From Kiritimatiellia bacterium (GTDB lineage Bacteria > Verrucomicrobiota > Kiritimatiellia > SLAD01): a stretch of DNA of 64,000 nt. The position numbers and the translations under genes were made by a program. The notes under the pieces are model-generated. The model saw only the letters and a list, made by a program, of their open reading frames with translations. It did not search any database and was not told the DNA's origin. Each line of letters opens with the position of its first letter. Within the stretch, counting starts at the first letter, position 1. Shown here one piece after another: positions 10,289 through 20,159 of the stretch. Location of the stretch: the NCBI GenBank assembly GCA_007134735.1, contig SLKG01000004.1, positions 504 to 64,503 on the forward strand, given 5' to 3'.

Positions 10289-11887
10289 ATGTGGGGGTAT
10301 TTGAAAGCTTTGAAGAAAAAGAAAAAAGACAGCAAGGAAATCATTGCCAATGTAGAGAACCTGGAGACACGGGTCGCAGTTCTTGAAGAGGGCAAATTGG
10401 AGGGGTTTTTCGTCGAGCGATCCGAGGAGGAACGCATCGTTGGAAGCATCTTCAAGGGAAAGATTCAAAACATTGAGGACGGCTTGCAGGCCGCGTTTGT
10501 GGATATCGGGCTCAAGAAGAACGCGTTTATCCATTATTGGGATATGATTCCCGAGGATGCCGCGCGGTTGGAAGCCGAAGAGGGGCCCTCCCGGTCCCGG
10601 ACGTCGCGAAGAAAGAAGTATCCTCCGGGGGAAATGGCTAAGAGATTCCCCGTGGGGTCGGAAATCGTCGTCCAGGTGACCAAGGGCGCCATTGGAACGA
10701 AAGGTCCTCGCGTTACGGCCAATTTGAGCATTCCGGGACGTTACCTGGTGATGATGCCGGGTAGCCGTCTCAAGGGGGTGTCCAAAAAGATCGAAAGCGC
10801 CGAGGAACGCAACCGGTTAAAGAAGATATTGCAGCGTCTGCCGTTGCCGGCGGGGGTGGGAATCATTGTGCGTACCGCCGGAGCGGGAGCGCGCCAAACC
10901 AGTTTCCTGCGCGATGCACGGGCCCTGATCGATATCTGGCAGGAGATTGAAAAGGGCATAAAGGAGTATCCGGCCCCCTGCCGGTTGTATCAGGAACCCG
11001 ACCTGGTGGAACGAGTCGTGCGTGACTCGCTCACGGAGGAAGTGGACCGCATTGTGATCGATAGCCGGGAGGAATACGAAAAGATAAAGGACGTAATATC
11101 ACGCATCTCGCGTCGCGCGCGCAACCGAATCAAATTCTATGATGGCCGGGATCCCATTTTCGATCACTTTGACGTCGAAAGACAATTGGATAATGCGTTT
11201 CAGCGGAAAGTATGGCTGAAATCGGGCGGGTACCTGGTGTTTGATGAAACGGAGGCCCTGGTGGCGGTGGACGTCAATACGGGCCGGCATAAAGGAAAAG
11301 CGACCCAGGAGGAAAGTATTCTGCAGGTGAATACGGAAGCCGCCGATGAGGCCGCGCGCCAATTACGTCTCAGGAACATCGGGGGCCTGATCATTATCGA
11401 TTTCATCGATATGAAATCGCGCCGCCATCAGAACGCCGTATACCGCACATTGCGCGAAGCCTTGAGCCGTGACAAGGCGCGGACCAATGTCCTGCCCATA
11501 TCGGACCTGGGCCTGGTGGAAATGACCCGGCAACGCGCCGAGGAAAGCATTCGGGCAACGGCATTTACCGATTGTCCGTATTGTAACGGACGGGGGAAAG
11601 TGAAGTCCACGCTCAGCATGAGTGTTGAAATACAGCGTCGGATATCGGAAGTGCTCCGCGGAAGACGTCAAACAGGGAAGGGCAAGGAGGCCTTGAAGGT
11701 CGTGGTCAACCCTTCCGTGCTGGAACGATTGCGGAGTGAAGATGAAGGCATGCTGATCGATATGGAAAAGAAATTCCGTGCGCATATGACCTTCGTGGCG
11801 GACCCGGGTGTGCATATTGAGAATTTCCGGATCCTGGATGCGGAAACCGGGACGGAATGGTATCCCGGCCCAAACGAGAATTCGTAG
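10289..11887 (+). CDS. rng: ribonuclease E/G family protein (RNase G-like)
   Basis: 532 aa. It has an S1 domain (GSIFKGKIQNIEDGLQAAFVDIG), VAVDVNTG, IIIDFIDM, and the Zn-link CPYCNGRG. Synteny with the mre genes resembles E. coli mreBCD-maf-rng. Confidence 0.88.
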   Translation: MWGYLKALKKKKKDSKEIIANVENLETRVAVLEEGKLEGFFVERSEEERIVGSIFKGKIQNIEDGLQAAFVDIGLKKNAFIHYWDMIPEDAARLEAEEGPSRSRTSRRKKYPPGEMAKRFPVGSEIVVQVTKGAIGTKGPRVTANLSIPGRYLVMMPGSRLKGVSKKIESAEERNRLKKILQRLPLPAGVGIIVRTAGAGARQTSFLRDARALIDIWQEIEKGIKEYPAPCRLYQEPDLVERVVRDSLTEEVDRIVIDSREEYEKIKDVISRISRRARNRIKFYDGRDPIFDHFDVERQLDNAFQRKVWLKSGGYLVFDETEALVAVDVNTGRHKGKATQEESILQVNTEAADEAARQLRLRNIGGLIIIDFIDMKSRRHQNAVYRTLREALSRDKARTNVLPISDLGLVEMTRQRAEESIRATAFTDCPYCNGRGKVKSTLSMSVEIQRRISEVLRGRRQTGKGKEALKVVVNPSVLERLRSEDEGMLIDMEKKFRAHMTFVADPGVHIENFRILDAETGTEWYPGPNENS

Positions 11888-11994
11888 TCCGTTGTCGCGG
11901 GAAACATGATGTACGCGGCCGCGGCCGTGTGCCGGGTAGGGCCGACGGGTTGCCCGCTGATGCCGGGCGGGAGCGTTGAGCCCCTCGGCTCAGG

Positions 11995-13893
11995 TCACGT
12001 AACCACGATGGCTTCCATCCATCCCCGGACGGAGTTGACGAGATAGATGTGTTCCGCCCTTTCGAGATCCTCGCGGCGCACGATCGATTCACGGATCAGG
12101 CCCTGGTCCAGGAGATGCGCCCGCAGGGTTCCCGGGAGAAGGCCGCAGGATACGGGAGGGGTAACCCAATCACCCGGTTTTCCGATCACGACATTGGCAA
12201 TCGTACTTTCGGTGATTTCGCCCCGCTCGTTCCAGAGCAGCACATCGTCGCAGTCTTCCCGCGTCTTTCGGGCGTCCTCATATACGCGTCGAAACGTAGT
12301 CTTGTGATACAGGAACCGGTCGCGGGAGGAAACGGGGTGCCGTGCCGGTTTGACGCGGAGCGGACCGCTTTCCGGCCGGGGGGGCAGGCGGTCGGACTCA
12401 ATGAAGACCGCTCCGTTCTCGTCCACGTGCAGGCGAACGCGATGAGGACGGGGCGGCAGGGTTTCCGTGTACTTGTTCAGCGTTGAGAGGATGGACGCGC
12501 TTGAAACACGAAATCCGAAATAGCGCGCCGACTCCGTCAGACGGTCAAGATGACGGTCCAGAAGATAATACCCGGTTTCGGGTTTCCAGAGCATGGTTTC
12601 GAGGAGACGGAACACCGGGCGCTTCGCGTGCAGAATCCGGGTCTTCGCTTCGCACTCCCTGAATTCCGCTTCCGATGCGGAATCCCATACGATGCCCCCG
12701 CCGGTCCCGTACTCGGCCCGACCGGTGGCCCGGTCGATGTGTACGGTTCGTATGGCGACATTGAATTGCGCCTGGCGGCCGGGCCCCAGAAAACCGATGC
12801 ATCCGGTGTAGATCCCGCGAGGCGTTGATTCAAGGTCATGAATGATGCGCATGGTATGGATCTTGGGTGCTCCGGTTATCGAGGCGCACGGGAACAAGGC
12901 CCGAAAGAGGTCCACCGGCGCGGCGTCCGTTTCAGCCGCAATGGTGGAGGTCATCTGGAGAAGGGTGTCATACCGTTCAATTTCGAAGAGGCGCGGCACA
13001 CGCACCGTGCCTGTCCGCGCGACTCGTCCAAGGTCGTTGCGAACCATGTCGACGATCATCAGGTTTTCCGCCCGGTTCTTTTCGGAATGGCGGAGGCGCT
13101 CGACTCGTGCTTCGTCATCCTGCCAGGTCAGGCCCCGTGTGACGGTTCCTTTCATGGGGCGGCAGGTAATGGATCGGCCATCGAGGCGGAAGAATAGTTC
13201 CGGGGAGGCGGAACAGATATAATGATCCCCGGTATCGAGCCAGGCCGCATACCCGGTCTGTTGCGAACGATACAAGGCGTTGAAAAAGGAAAAAGGATCT
13301 CCCGTGAACAGGGAATCCAGCCGGAATGTGTAGTTCACCTGGTAGGTATCTCCGGCCGCGATGCGATCTTTGATCTCGTGGATGGCGGACCGGTACGCCA
13401 CGGGGGATACGGACGCCTTCCACCCGGACAATTCAAAGGCGCGCGGCTTGAACGGGAAGGAGGAGACCGGGGCGACAGGCGGATACAGGCCGAACCAGAG
13501 CAGGGGCAGTGTTCCCGGTTCGTGTGTCCGCATGGCGCAGTCAAAGGCGGGTGCGGCTTCATACGAAATAAAACCGGCCGCCATATACCCGCGCTCGGTG
13601 GCCCGCCCGATCTCGAGGAGTGCGGGAACGACCTCTTCGCGGCGGTGTATGCGAAATATGGTTTCCGGGGAATCGAGCAGGAGCCAATTCGGCACTCCGA
13701 TCTTCCCGGGTGACCGGATCAGAATCCGTCCTGTTTTGTTCGGAGCGTCGGGGCCTCGGGGGCTCCGGTTGTTGTGGCTCACGCCCTGTACGGATGTCGG
13801 ATGCATAGGCGGTGCAGTATGGTATAGTTTAGACCGGCTGGCGAGGCGGAAGAGGGAACAGGACGAATTGGACGCAGGTTGGAAGACGAACAT
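11995..13893 (-). CDS. pabB: aminodeoxychorismate synthase component I fused to a class-IV aminotransferase-fold aminodeoxychorismate lyase (PabB-PabC fusion)
   Basis: The chorismate-binding domain is indicated by ITGAPK, GIYTGCIGF and GGGIVWDS. It is followed by about 200 aa with an ADC-lyase-like sequence (ESTIANVVI...GLLPGTLR...VNSVRG). The true start may be an internal Met (e.g. MHPTS...). Confidence 0.8.
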   Translation of the reverse strand: MFVFQPASNSSCSLFRLASRSKLYHTAPPMHPTSVQGVSHNNRSPRGPDAPNKTGRILIRSPGKIGVPNWLLLDSPETIFRIHRREEVVPALLEIGRATERGYMAAGFISYEAAPAFDCAMRTHEPGTLPLLWFGLYPPVAPVSSFPFKPRAFELSGWKASVSPVAYRSAIHEIKDRIAAGDTYQVNYTFRLDSLFTGDPFSFFNALYRSQQTGYAAWLDTGDHYICSASPELFFRLDGRSITCRPMKGTVTRGLTWQDDEARVERLRHSEKNRAENLMIVDMVRNDLGRVARTGTVRVPRLFEIERYDTLLQMTSTIAAETDAAPVDLFRALFPCASITGAPKIHTMRIIHDLESTPRGIYTGCIGFLGPGRQAQFNVAIRTVHIDRATGRAEYGTGGGIVWDSASEAEFRECEAKTRILHAKRPVFRLLETMLWKPETGYYLLDRHLDRLTESARYFGFRVSSASILSTLNKYTETLPPRPHRVRLHVDENGAVFIESDRLPPRPESGPLRVKPARHPVSSRDRFLYHKTTFRRVYEDARKTREDCDDVLLWNERGEITESTIANVVIGKPGDWVTPPVSCGLLPGTLRAHLLDQGLIRESIVRREDLERAEHIYLVNSVRGWMEAIVVT

Positions 13894-13958
13894 CGGTCCG
13901 GGTACGGACGAAACACATTTAAAGTGACGTTCCTGCGGTCACATGAAAGGATTTGATC

Positions 13959-14894
13959 ATGAAGATCGTATTCATGGGTTCGGGAGATTTGGCCTGCCCG
14001 GCCTTGACTCGCCTGATGGAGCACCCTGAATACCGGGTGCTCGCCGTGGTGAGTCAACCCGATCGGCCGAAGGGCCGGAACCGGAAATCGGCCCCGTGCC
14101 CGGTCAAGGCCATGGCCGAGGGGGCGGGTCTGTCCGTGTGGACACCGGAAAAGATCGGGGCGGCGAAATCCGTGGATCACATCAGGGAACAGACGCCTGA
14201 CATTATTGTCGTAGCGGCTTATGGACAATATATCACGCCGGCCATCCTGGCCATTCCTCCGCTCGGAGCCATCAACATCCACCCGTCCCTGCTCCCGAAA
14301 TACCGAGGCGCGTCACCCATTCAATGGGCGCTGGCCAACGGAGAAAAGGAGACAGGCGTTTCCATTATCCGTGTGGCCAAAGACATGGACGCCGGCGATA
14401 TTCTGCGGCAGGTATCGGAACCGATTCGCGATACGGACACAACGGAAACCCTGACCGAACGCCTGGCTCGGATCGGGGCGGATCTGCTCGTAGAGACCTT
14501 GAATGACATTCGGCAGGGGCGCGTACGAGCCGTTCGGCAGAATCATGCGCAGGCCACGGTGGTACACAAGCTGACCAAGGAAGACGGCCGGATGGATTGG
14601 TCGCTGCCGGCGCAGGTCCTGCGCAATCGTATCCGGGGGTTTTCTCCCTGGCCCGGCTGTTTTTGTGCGTTGCCCGATGGATCAATGCTGAAGATATGGC
14701 AGGCGCGCGTGGAGCCGGCAACATCATCCGGCCAACCCGGAACCGTGCTTTCCTGTGACGCGGAGGGGCCTCTGGTTGGAACGGGATCGGACGCGCTGCG
14801 GCTGTTGGAGGTGCAGCCGGAGGGAAAGAAGCGGATGACGGGAAATGCGTATCTGTGCGGACACGGCTTGAAACCGGGCGATTCATTGCGGTAA
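13959..14894 (+). CDS. fmt: methionyl-tRNA formyltransferase
   Basis: MKIVFMGSGDLACPAL and INIHPSLLPKYRGASPIQWAL are present. The ATG at 13959 is preceded by AAAGGA. Confidence 0.92.
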   Translation: MKIVFMGSGDLACPALTRLMEHPEYRVLAVVSQPDRPKGRNRKSAPCPVKAMAEGAGLSVWTPEKIGAAKSVDHIREQTPDIIVVAAYGQYITPAILAIPPLGAINIHPSLLPKYRGASPIQWALANGEKETGVSIIRVAKDMDAGDILRQVSEPIRDTDTTETLTERLARIGADLLVETLNDIRQGRVRAVRQNHAQATVVHKLTKEDGRMDWSLPAQVLRNRIRGFSPWPGCFCALPDGSMLKIWQARVEPATSSGQPGTVLSCDAEGPLVGTGSDALRLLEVQPEGKKRMTGNAYLCGHGLKPGDSLR

Positions 14895-14924
14895 CGGGAG
14901 GCGAGGCCCTCCGATGGATGTGAC

Positions 14925-16415
14925 ATGAATGTCCCTGGCAACATCAAGGACAAGCTGAAGGCCCTGCCGGACAAGCCCGGCGTGTACTTCATGCGCGACC
15001 GGCACGGGAAGATCATATACGTGGGCAAGGCCGTTTCCCTGCGGGATCGCGTACGAAGCTATTTCCGGTCCGGCACCCTGCGCAGCGCGGAACCCAAATT
15101 ACGCGGTCTGATTCGCAGTATCCACGATCTCGATTACCTCGTCCTTCGGAATGACGCGGAAGCCACGTTGACCGAAGGACGGCTGATCAAGGAATACCGG
15201 CCGCGGTACAATATTCTATTTCGCGACGACAAACGGTTTCTGCTTCTTCGGGTGAACCGGAACGAGCCGTTTCCCCGCTTCACCACGTGCCGTATTCAAA
15301 AGGATGACGGGGCCACCTATTTCGGCCCCTATGCCTCATCCGCGGCGGCTCATGTGGCGCGCGAATTCGTGGAGAAGCGGTTTGGACTGCGGGTCTGCCG
15401 CCCTCGCGTACCCGGCCCGATTGACCATAAACATTGTCTGAACGATATCCTTCGTTTCTGTTCGGCTCCGTGTATTCAGAAGATTAGCCGGTCGGCATAC
15501 CGGGAGCGGGTGGAGTCGGCCTGTTCGTTTCTGCGCGGAGAGCGCCCGGAATACCTGCGTGAGGTGAGGGAGGCCATGGACGCAGCGTCCCGGAAAAATG
15601 AATACGAGCGAGCCGCCGCTTATCGCGATACGCTGTTTCTGCTTCAGGACGCGATCAAGCGGCGGATTCGAGGGACCAAGTCCTTGACGCTCAAAGCCGG
15701 GGACGCGCGCGCCGGGATACGGGATTTGCAAAAGGTGCTGGGCTTGAAGCGGGAGCCGAATATCATGGAAGCCTACGATATATCCAATATTTCCGGCACA
15801 CACGCCGTGGGCAGCATGGTGTGCGCGGTTGACGGTATGCCGCAGCGCTCACGGTATCGCCTGTTTCGCATACGAACCGTGGAAGGATCGGATGATCCGG
15901 GCATGATGGGGGAAGTGATCCGGCGTCGGTTTGAACGCTTGATCAAGGAGAAAGGGAAGCCTCCGGATCTCGTCATATTGGATGGGGGCATCACGCAATT
16001 GCGGGCGGCGCGTCGGGTGCTGGATGAGCAGAGACTGGAAAACGTGCCGGCCATCGGCCTGGCCAAACGGTTTGAGGAAATATATCCGATGTCCATGGCC
16101 TACGGGAGTAAATCCCGGACGCCCCTGCGGCTTCCATCCGATTCCCCGGCGTTGCTGGTTTTGCAGCGCGTACGGGATGAGGCACATCGGTTTGCGCTGA
16201 CTTATCATCGCAAGCTCCGACTAAGGCGCATCCGGGAATCGCTGCTGGATGAGGTGCCCGGCATCGGGGATAAACGAAAACAGTTGATCCTTTCACATTT
16301 CGGGTCCATTACCCGATTGCGGCGCGCATCGGAGGAAGAGATCGCGCGTGTTCACGGTGTCGGACCCGTCATGGCGCGACAGATTCGGAAAGCCCTGGCG
16401 AAACCGGAAAACTGA
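14925..16415 (+). CDS. uvrC: excinuclease ABC subunit C (compact, 496 aa)
   Basis: It has an N-terminal GIY-YIG domain (PGVYFMRDRHGKIIYVGKA), a UVR-like segment (YERAAAYRDTLFLL), an endonuclease domain (MEAYDISN...LDGG) and a C-terminal HhH (VPGIGDKR...VHGVGPVMARQI). It is shorter than the roughly 600 aa typical of UvrC. Confidence 0.85.
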   Translation: MNVPGNIKDKLKALPDKPGVYFMRDRHGKIIYVGKAVSLRDRVRSYFRSGTLRSAEPKLRGLIRSIHDLDYLVLRNDAEATLTEGRLIKEYRPRYNILFRDDKRFLLLRVNRNEPFPRFTTCRIQKDDGATYFGPYASSAAAHVAREFVEKRFGLRVCRPRVPGPIDHKHCLNDILRFCSAPCIQKISRSAYRERVESACSFLRGERPEYLREVREAMDAASRKNEYERAAAYRDTLFLLQDAIKRRIRGTKSLTLKAGDARAGIRDLQKVLGLKREPNIMEAYDISNISGTHAVGSMVCAVDGMPQRSRYRLFRIRTVEGSDDPGMMGEVIRRRFERLIKEKGKPPDLVILDGGITQLRAARRVLDEQRLENVPAIGLAKRFEEIYPMSMAYGSKSRTPLRLPSDSPALLVLQRVRDEAHRFALTYHRKLRLRRIRESLLDEVPGIGDKRKQLILSHFGSITRLRRASEEEIARVHGVGPVMARQIRKALAKPEN

Positions 16416-16437
16416 CGGCCGGTAACCGCCGCATCCG

Positions 16438-17439
16438 TCAGGTATTCGACAGCAAATCCAGGGCATTTTTGATGACATCCGTTTCCGGGAGATTGGCCAG
16501 GCAGGCGATATCTCTTTCGGGGCGCCGGCAGACGCGGGAACAGCAAGGTCGACAGGACAGATCGGTCCGTGCGATTACGCGATGACCACGGCCATAGGGC
16601 CCGGTGCGGAGCGGGTCGGTGGCGCCGAACAAGGCCATTACCGGGACGCCCACCGCGGCGGCCATGTGCAGGGGGCCGGAATCGACGGAAATGACCAGGT
16701 CCATGGATTGCAGCCATCCTCCGAGTTCGATCAGGCTGGTCGTTCCGCAGAGGTTGCGGCAGGGCCGTTCGAGTCCCTGTTCAATTTCCAGGCAGGCCGC
16801 CTGATCTTCCTTGGAACCGACGAGATATACATTTGCGTTGCAGGCGCGGATCAATGCATTTCCGGTTTCGATGAATTTGCTCGCGGGCCAATTCTTTGTT
16901 GTCCAGCGCGAACGGGGAATAAACGCCACGCGGGGAGACGGCCTGTCCGGCGTCATGACCGGAAACGCGGTCGGAAATTCGATCGGAGTCGGTTCGATCC
17001 CGAGATGCCGCACGACATCCATGATTTCGTCCACGGCATGACGGTTACGATTTCGTTTCCCGGCGATTTCACGGTAAAACAGGCGGCTGCACTCCCGGTG
17101 AAAAGACGGCCCGATCTTCCGGCGTCCGCGGGAAAGGGCTGTTACCAAGGCGCTTTTGAAAAGACCCTGGAGATCAAGCACGTAATCGTATCGCGTATGC
17201 CGCAATTCCCGGCGCAAACGCCGTATGCCGTGAATAAAATGGCGCCGGGGGAAAACAAAGACCCGGCTGACATCATCGAAGGCATGAACCAGGTCGGCGT
17301 ATTCGGATTGCGTCACCCAGTCGATTTCCGCGTTCCACGCATCTTTAAGACGATGGACCGCGGGCAGGGCGTGGAACAGGTCGCCCAGCGAGCTGAGCTT
17401 GATGATCAGGATCCGCGGTGGAGATGACAATTCCGTCAT
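16438..17439 (-). CDS. glycosyltransferase family 9 (LPS heptosyltransferase-like)
   Basis: RILIIKLSSLGDLFHALPAVHRL at the N-terminus and VSVDSGPLHMAAAVGVPVMALFG near the C-terminus are typical GT9 (WaaC/WaaF) signatures. Confidence 0.8.
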   Translation of the reverse strand: MTELSSPPRILIIKLSSLGDLFHALPAVHRLKDAWNAEIDWVTQSEYADLVHAFDDVSRVFVFPRRHFIHGIRRLRRELRHTRYDYVLDLQGLFKSALVTALSRGRRKIGPSFHRECSRLFYREIAGKRNRNRHAVDEIMDVVRHLGIEPTPIEFPTAFPVMTPDRPSPRVAFIPRSRWTTKNWPASKFIETGNALIRACNANVYLVGSKEDQAACLEIEQGLERPCRNLCGTTSLIELGGWLQSMDLVISVDSGPLHMAAAVGVPVMALFGATDPLRTGPYGRGHRVIARTDLSCRPCCSRVCRRPERDIACLANLPETDVIKNALDLLSNT

Positions 17440-17499
17440 GCCTTTGTCCTGTGTCTCTAACTCTTCACGGGTGCCGGGGCTGCGCGTGCGGAGCCCGAT

Positions 17500-18447
17500 T
17501 CATGTCCGGCCGGCGCTTTTCAACAGGCTCAGCATGACGGCATTTTGTGCGTGTAGCCGGTTTTCGGCCTGATCAAAGACCACCGATTGAGGGCCGTCGA
17601 TCACCCCCGCCGTCTGCTCGTAACCGCGCATGGCGGGCAGACAATTCATAAATATGGCATCCGGGGCGGCTTGTTTCATGAGCGCTTCATTGACTTGATA
17701 GGGATGAAATATCCGGATTCGCTCCTCCCGCTTGTCCTGGGGAATATGATAACTCATCCAGGAATCCGCATAGACTACATCCGCGCCATCGACCGCTTCG
17801 CCGGCATCGTGTGTGATCGAGACCGTTGACCCGTTTTCGGCGGATAGGCGTGTTGCCTCCCGGACGGCCTTTTCCTGCGGAGCATACTCCGGGCTTTCCG
17901 GGCATCCGACGGTGATGTCGGCTCCCGTCATGGCGCAACCGAACATCAGGGAATGCGTTACGTTGTTATTGCTGTCGCCGACATACGCCACCTTGATGCC
18001 CTTGAGCCTCTTCTTTTTCTCCAGGATGGTCAACAGGTCGGCCATGATCTGGCAGGGATGTGCATAATTGGTCAGGCCGTTGATGACGGGCACTTCTGCG
18101 TGCCGGGCCAATTCTTCGATATGATCATGGTCGTACAATCGGGCCATGACCATGGTCACATAGCGGCTGACCGACTTGATGGTATCATGCAGAGTCTCCT
18201 TACCTGCGCCCAGGGGTGAGGTGCTCATGTCGTAGTAGATGGCGTGGCCGCCCATCCGTGTCATGCCGGTTTCGAACGACACCCGTGTTCTAAGGCTCGG
18301 CTTTTCGAATACCATGAGCAGCGTTTTCCGGTGCATGGCATCGGCATACGCATCGGGTTCGGCCTTGATCTTTAGGGCCAGATCCAGCGTTTGCAGGATG
18401 TCTTCAGGCGTCCAGTCACATAATGTCAATAGGTGCTTCATGTTCAA
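17500..18447 (-). CDS. OTC/ATC-family carbamoyltransferase (ornithine carbamoyltransferase-like, atypical substrate motifs)
   Basis: The carbamoyl-phosphate motifs SLRTR and HPCQ are present. The ornithine-site motifs read DSWMSYH (canonical DxxxSMG) and NCLP (canonical HCLP). Confidence 0.75.
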   Translation of the reverse strand: MNMKHLLTLCDWTPEDILQTLDLALKIKAEPDAYADAMHRKTLLMVFEKPSLRTRVSFETGMTRMGGHAIYYDMSTSPLGAGKETLHDTIKSVSRYVTMVMARLYDHDHIEELARHAEVPVINGLTNYAHPCQIMADLLTILEKKKRLKGIKVAYVGDSNNNVTHSLMFGCAMTGADITVGCPESPEYAPQEKAVREATRLSAENGSTVSITHDAGEAVDGADVVYADSWMSYHIPQDKREERIRIFHPYQVNEALMKQAAPDAIFMNCLPAMRGYEQTAGVIDGPQSVVFDQAENRLHAQNAVMLSLLKSAGRT

Positions 18448-18540
18448 CGGTGCAACGTGTATCGGTTCTCATATTTTCATGGCAAAACGCTTTTATTGTC
18501 CAAGTCGGGGATACAGATCAAGACAAAGATGGATGGTGGA

Positions 18541-20085
18541 TCATGCCCTTTGCACCAGAACGGCTTCAAACGGTTGCAGGATATCGCCATTCAGGGCTCC
18601 ATACAGCGGTTTTCCCGTAAGCCCGGAGACCCGTCGGAGGCGCCGCGGTTCCGGGCCGATATTCACGGCCCCATGCAGGGTTTGTCCTTCGTAAACGCGG
18701 GTAAAGCCCACCACCGTCCGGCGGGATGCGGCGGAGGCTTCGCCCACATCGAGGGGCCGGAATGTTCCATGCGTAAGGGCCGGATTCGCGCAGCGAACCG
18801 CGATCAGGTCCTGGTAAAAGGCATACCATTCCCTGCGTTTTTCGTATGTGCGGGCAAACAGGTTGCCTTCGAACTCCACGCCATCGCGCGTCTTGACCTT
18901 CGCGTTTGTGCGGATCCGGCACCCCTTCTCGCATGGCTGGATGCGCTCGTGAATGGGAGGGCGGTTCAGGGCGCCGAATTCCTGTCCGGCCAACAGGAAG
19001 GGGAGGCAGTGCGCCGAGAAGAAGAGAAGCCGGTTCATGGCCTTGACGGCGCCCTCGCCGAAGCGGTACAGGCCGCGACCTTCATCGTGATTATCGGTGT
19101 ACCGGGCCAGGATCGGATCCCGTTCGGTGCCGGGTAAATGCTCCTCGTAATTCATCAGGGCCTTTTCCGCCGCACCCGCGAGGCCGCCCCTTTTGAACGC
19201 GGCATAGATGTCCCGAAAAAGGTCGTTGCGTTGTGCGTGTTTACGGTTCGGGAGAAGCAGGGTATTGCCGGAATCATCCACGCCATAGAAGTAGAGCATG
19301 ATTTTATAAAAGTCGTCATCATAGGCCGCGTTCATTCCGCGCTGGAACAGATCGAGGTTGTGCTTCATTCCGTAGCATTCGGCCAGGAACAGCAATTCCC
19401 GTGAGGCATGCTTGCTCTTTAATTCCTCCAATGCCTCGTTCCAGAAACCCAGGTCATTGATCAAGTGCGCCATGTCGATACGAAAACCATCCACGCCGTC
19501 AGGGTGGCCGCCGGATCCCTCGCCGAGAAAGCTCAACCAATAATCGTAGAGGTCGAGCATGGCCCGCCTCAAACCGGGTGTGCGGTAATCGAGTTTGGCA
19601 GTGTCATGCCAGTCGGCATCGTAGGCGATGGATCCGTCGCCGTTCCGGACATAGAATTCGGGATGTTCCTGCACCCACACATGGTCGCGGCTCGTATGAT
19701 TCGGCACCATGCCGAGAATGACCTTCAGTCCCAGTTCGTGGGCGGCACGGACCAAGGCGGCCAACTCGTCCGTTGTTCCATATTCGGCATCGACGGTCCG
19801 GAAGTCCCTCACGGCGTACGGGGATCCGATGCCTTTTCGTCCCTCGATCCCGATGGAGAAGGGGGGCATGAGATGAAGGATGGTGACGCCCAGTTTCTTC
19901 AGGGCGGGCAGCCGGCGGGTCGAATAGGCCAGGGCGGAATCCGCCAGGGGCGTTTCTTCCGTTGCTTCGAATGGATTGCGCGGTTCCCGCGCCGCCAGGG
20001 CGCGCAGATTGATCTGGTAGTTAACGGCGGCATGGATCCAGTGATGCATAAGCGGACAGGGTAAACGGGTCGCAATCTTTTTCAA
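18541..20085 (-). CDS. GH13 alpha-amylase-family glycoside hydrolase
   Basis: GH13 conserved regions are GMVPNHTS, GFRIDMAHL, FLAECY and YTDNHD. The start could be the internal Met (MHHWIH...). Confidence 0.8.
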   Translation of the reverse strand: MKKIATRLPCPLMHHWIHAAVNYQINLRALAAREPRNPFEATEETPLADSALAYSTRRLPALKKLGVTILHLMPPFSIGIEGRKGIGSPYAVRDFRTVDAEYGTTDELAALVRAAHELGLKVILGMVPNHTSRDHVWVQEHPEFYVRNGDGSIAYDADWHDTAKLDYRTPGLRRAMLDLYDYWLSFLGEGSGGHPDGVDGFRIDMAHLINDLGFWNEALEELKSKHASRELLFLAECYGMKHNLDLFQRGMNAAYDDDFYKIMLYFYGVDDSGNTLLLPNRKHAQRNDLFRDIYAAFKRGGLAGAAEKALMNYEEHLPGTERDPILARYTDNHDEGRGLYRFGEGAVKAMNRLLFFSAHCLPFLLAGQEFGALNRPPIHERIQPCEKGCRIRTNAKVKTRDGVEFEGNLFARTYEKRREWYAFYQDLIAVRCANPALTHGTFRPLDVGEASAASRRTVVGFTRVYEGQTLHGAVNIGPEPRRLRRVSGLTGKPLYGALNGDILQPFEAVLVQRA

Positions 20086-20159
20086 TCGTATAAGTGATGA
20101 TATTGCAAATGCGATGGAAAAACGTTAAGGTTCCCCGTAACAAGAAAGGCGGAGTAGCC

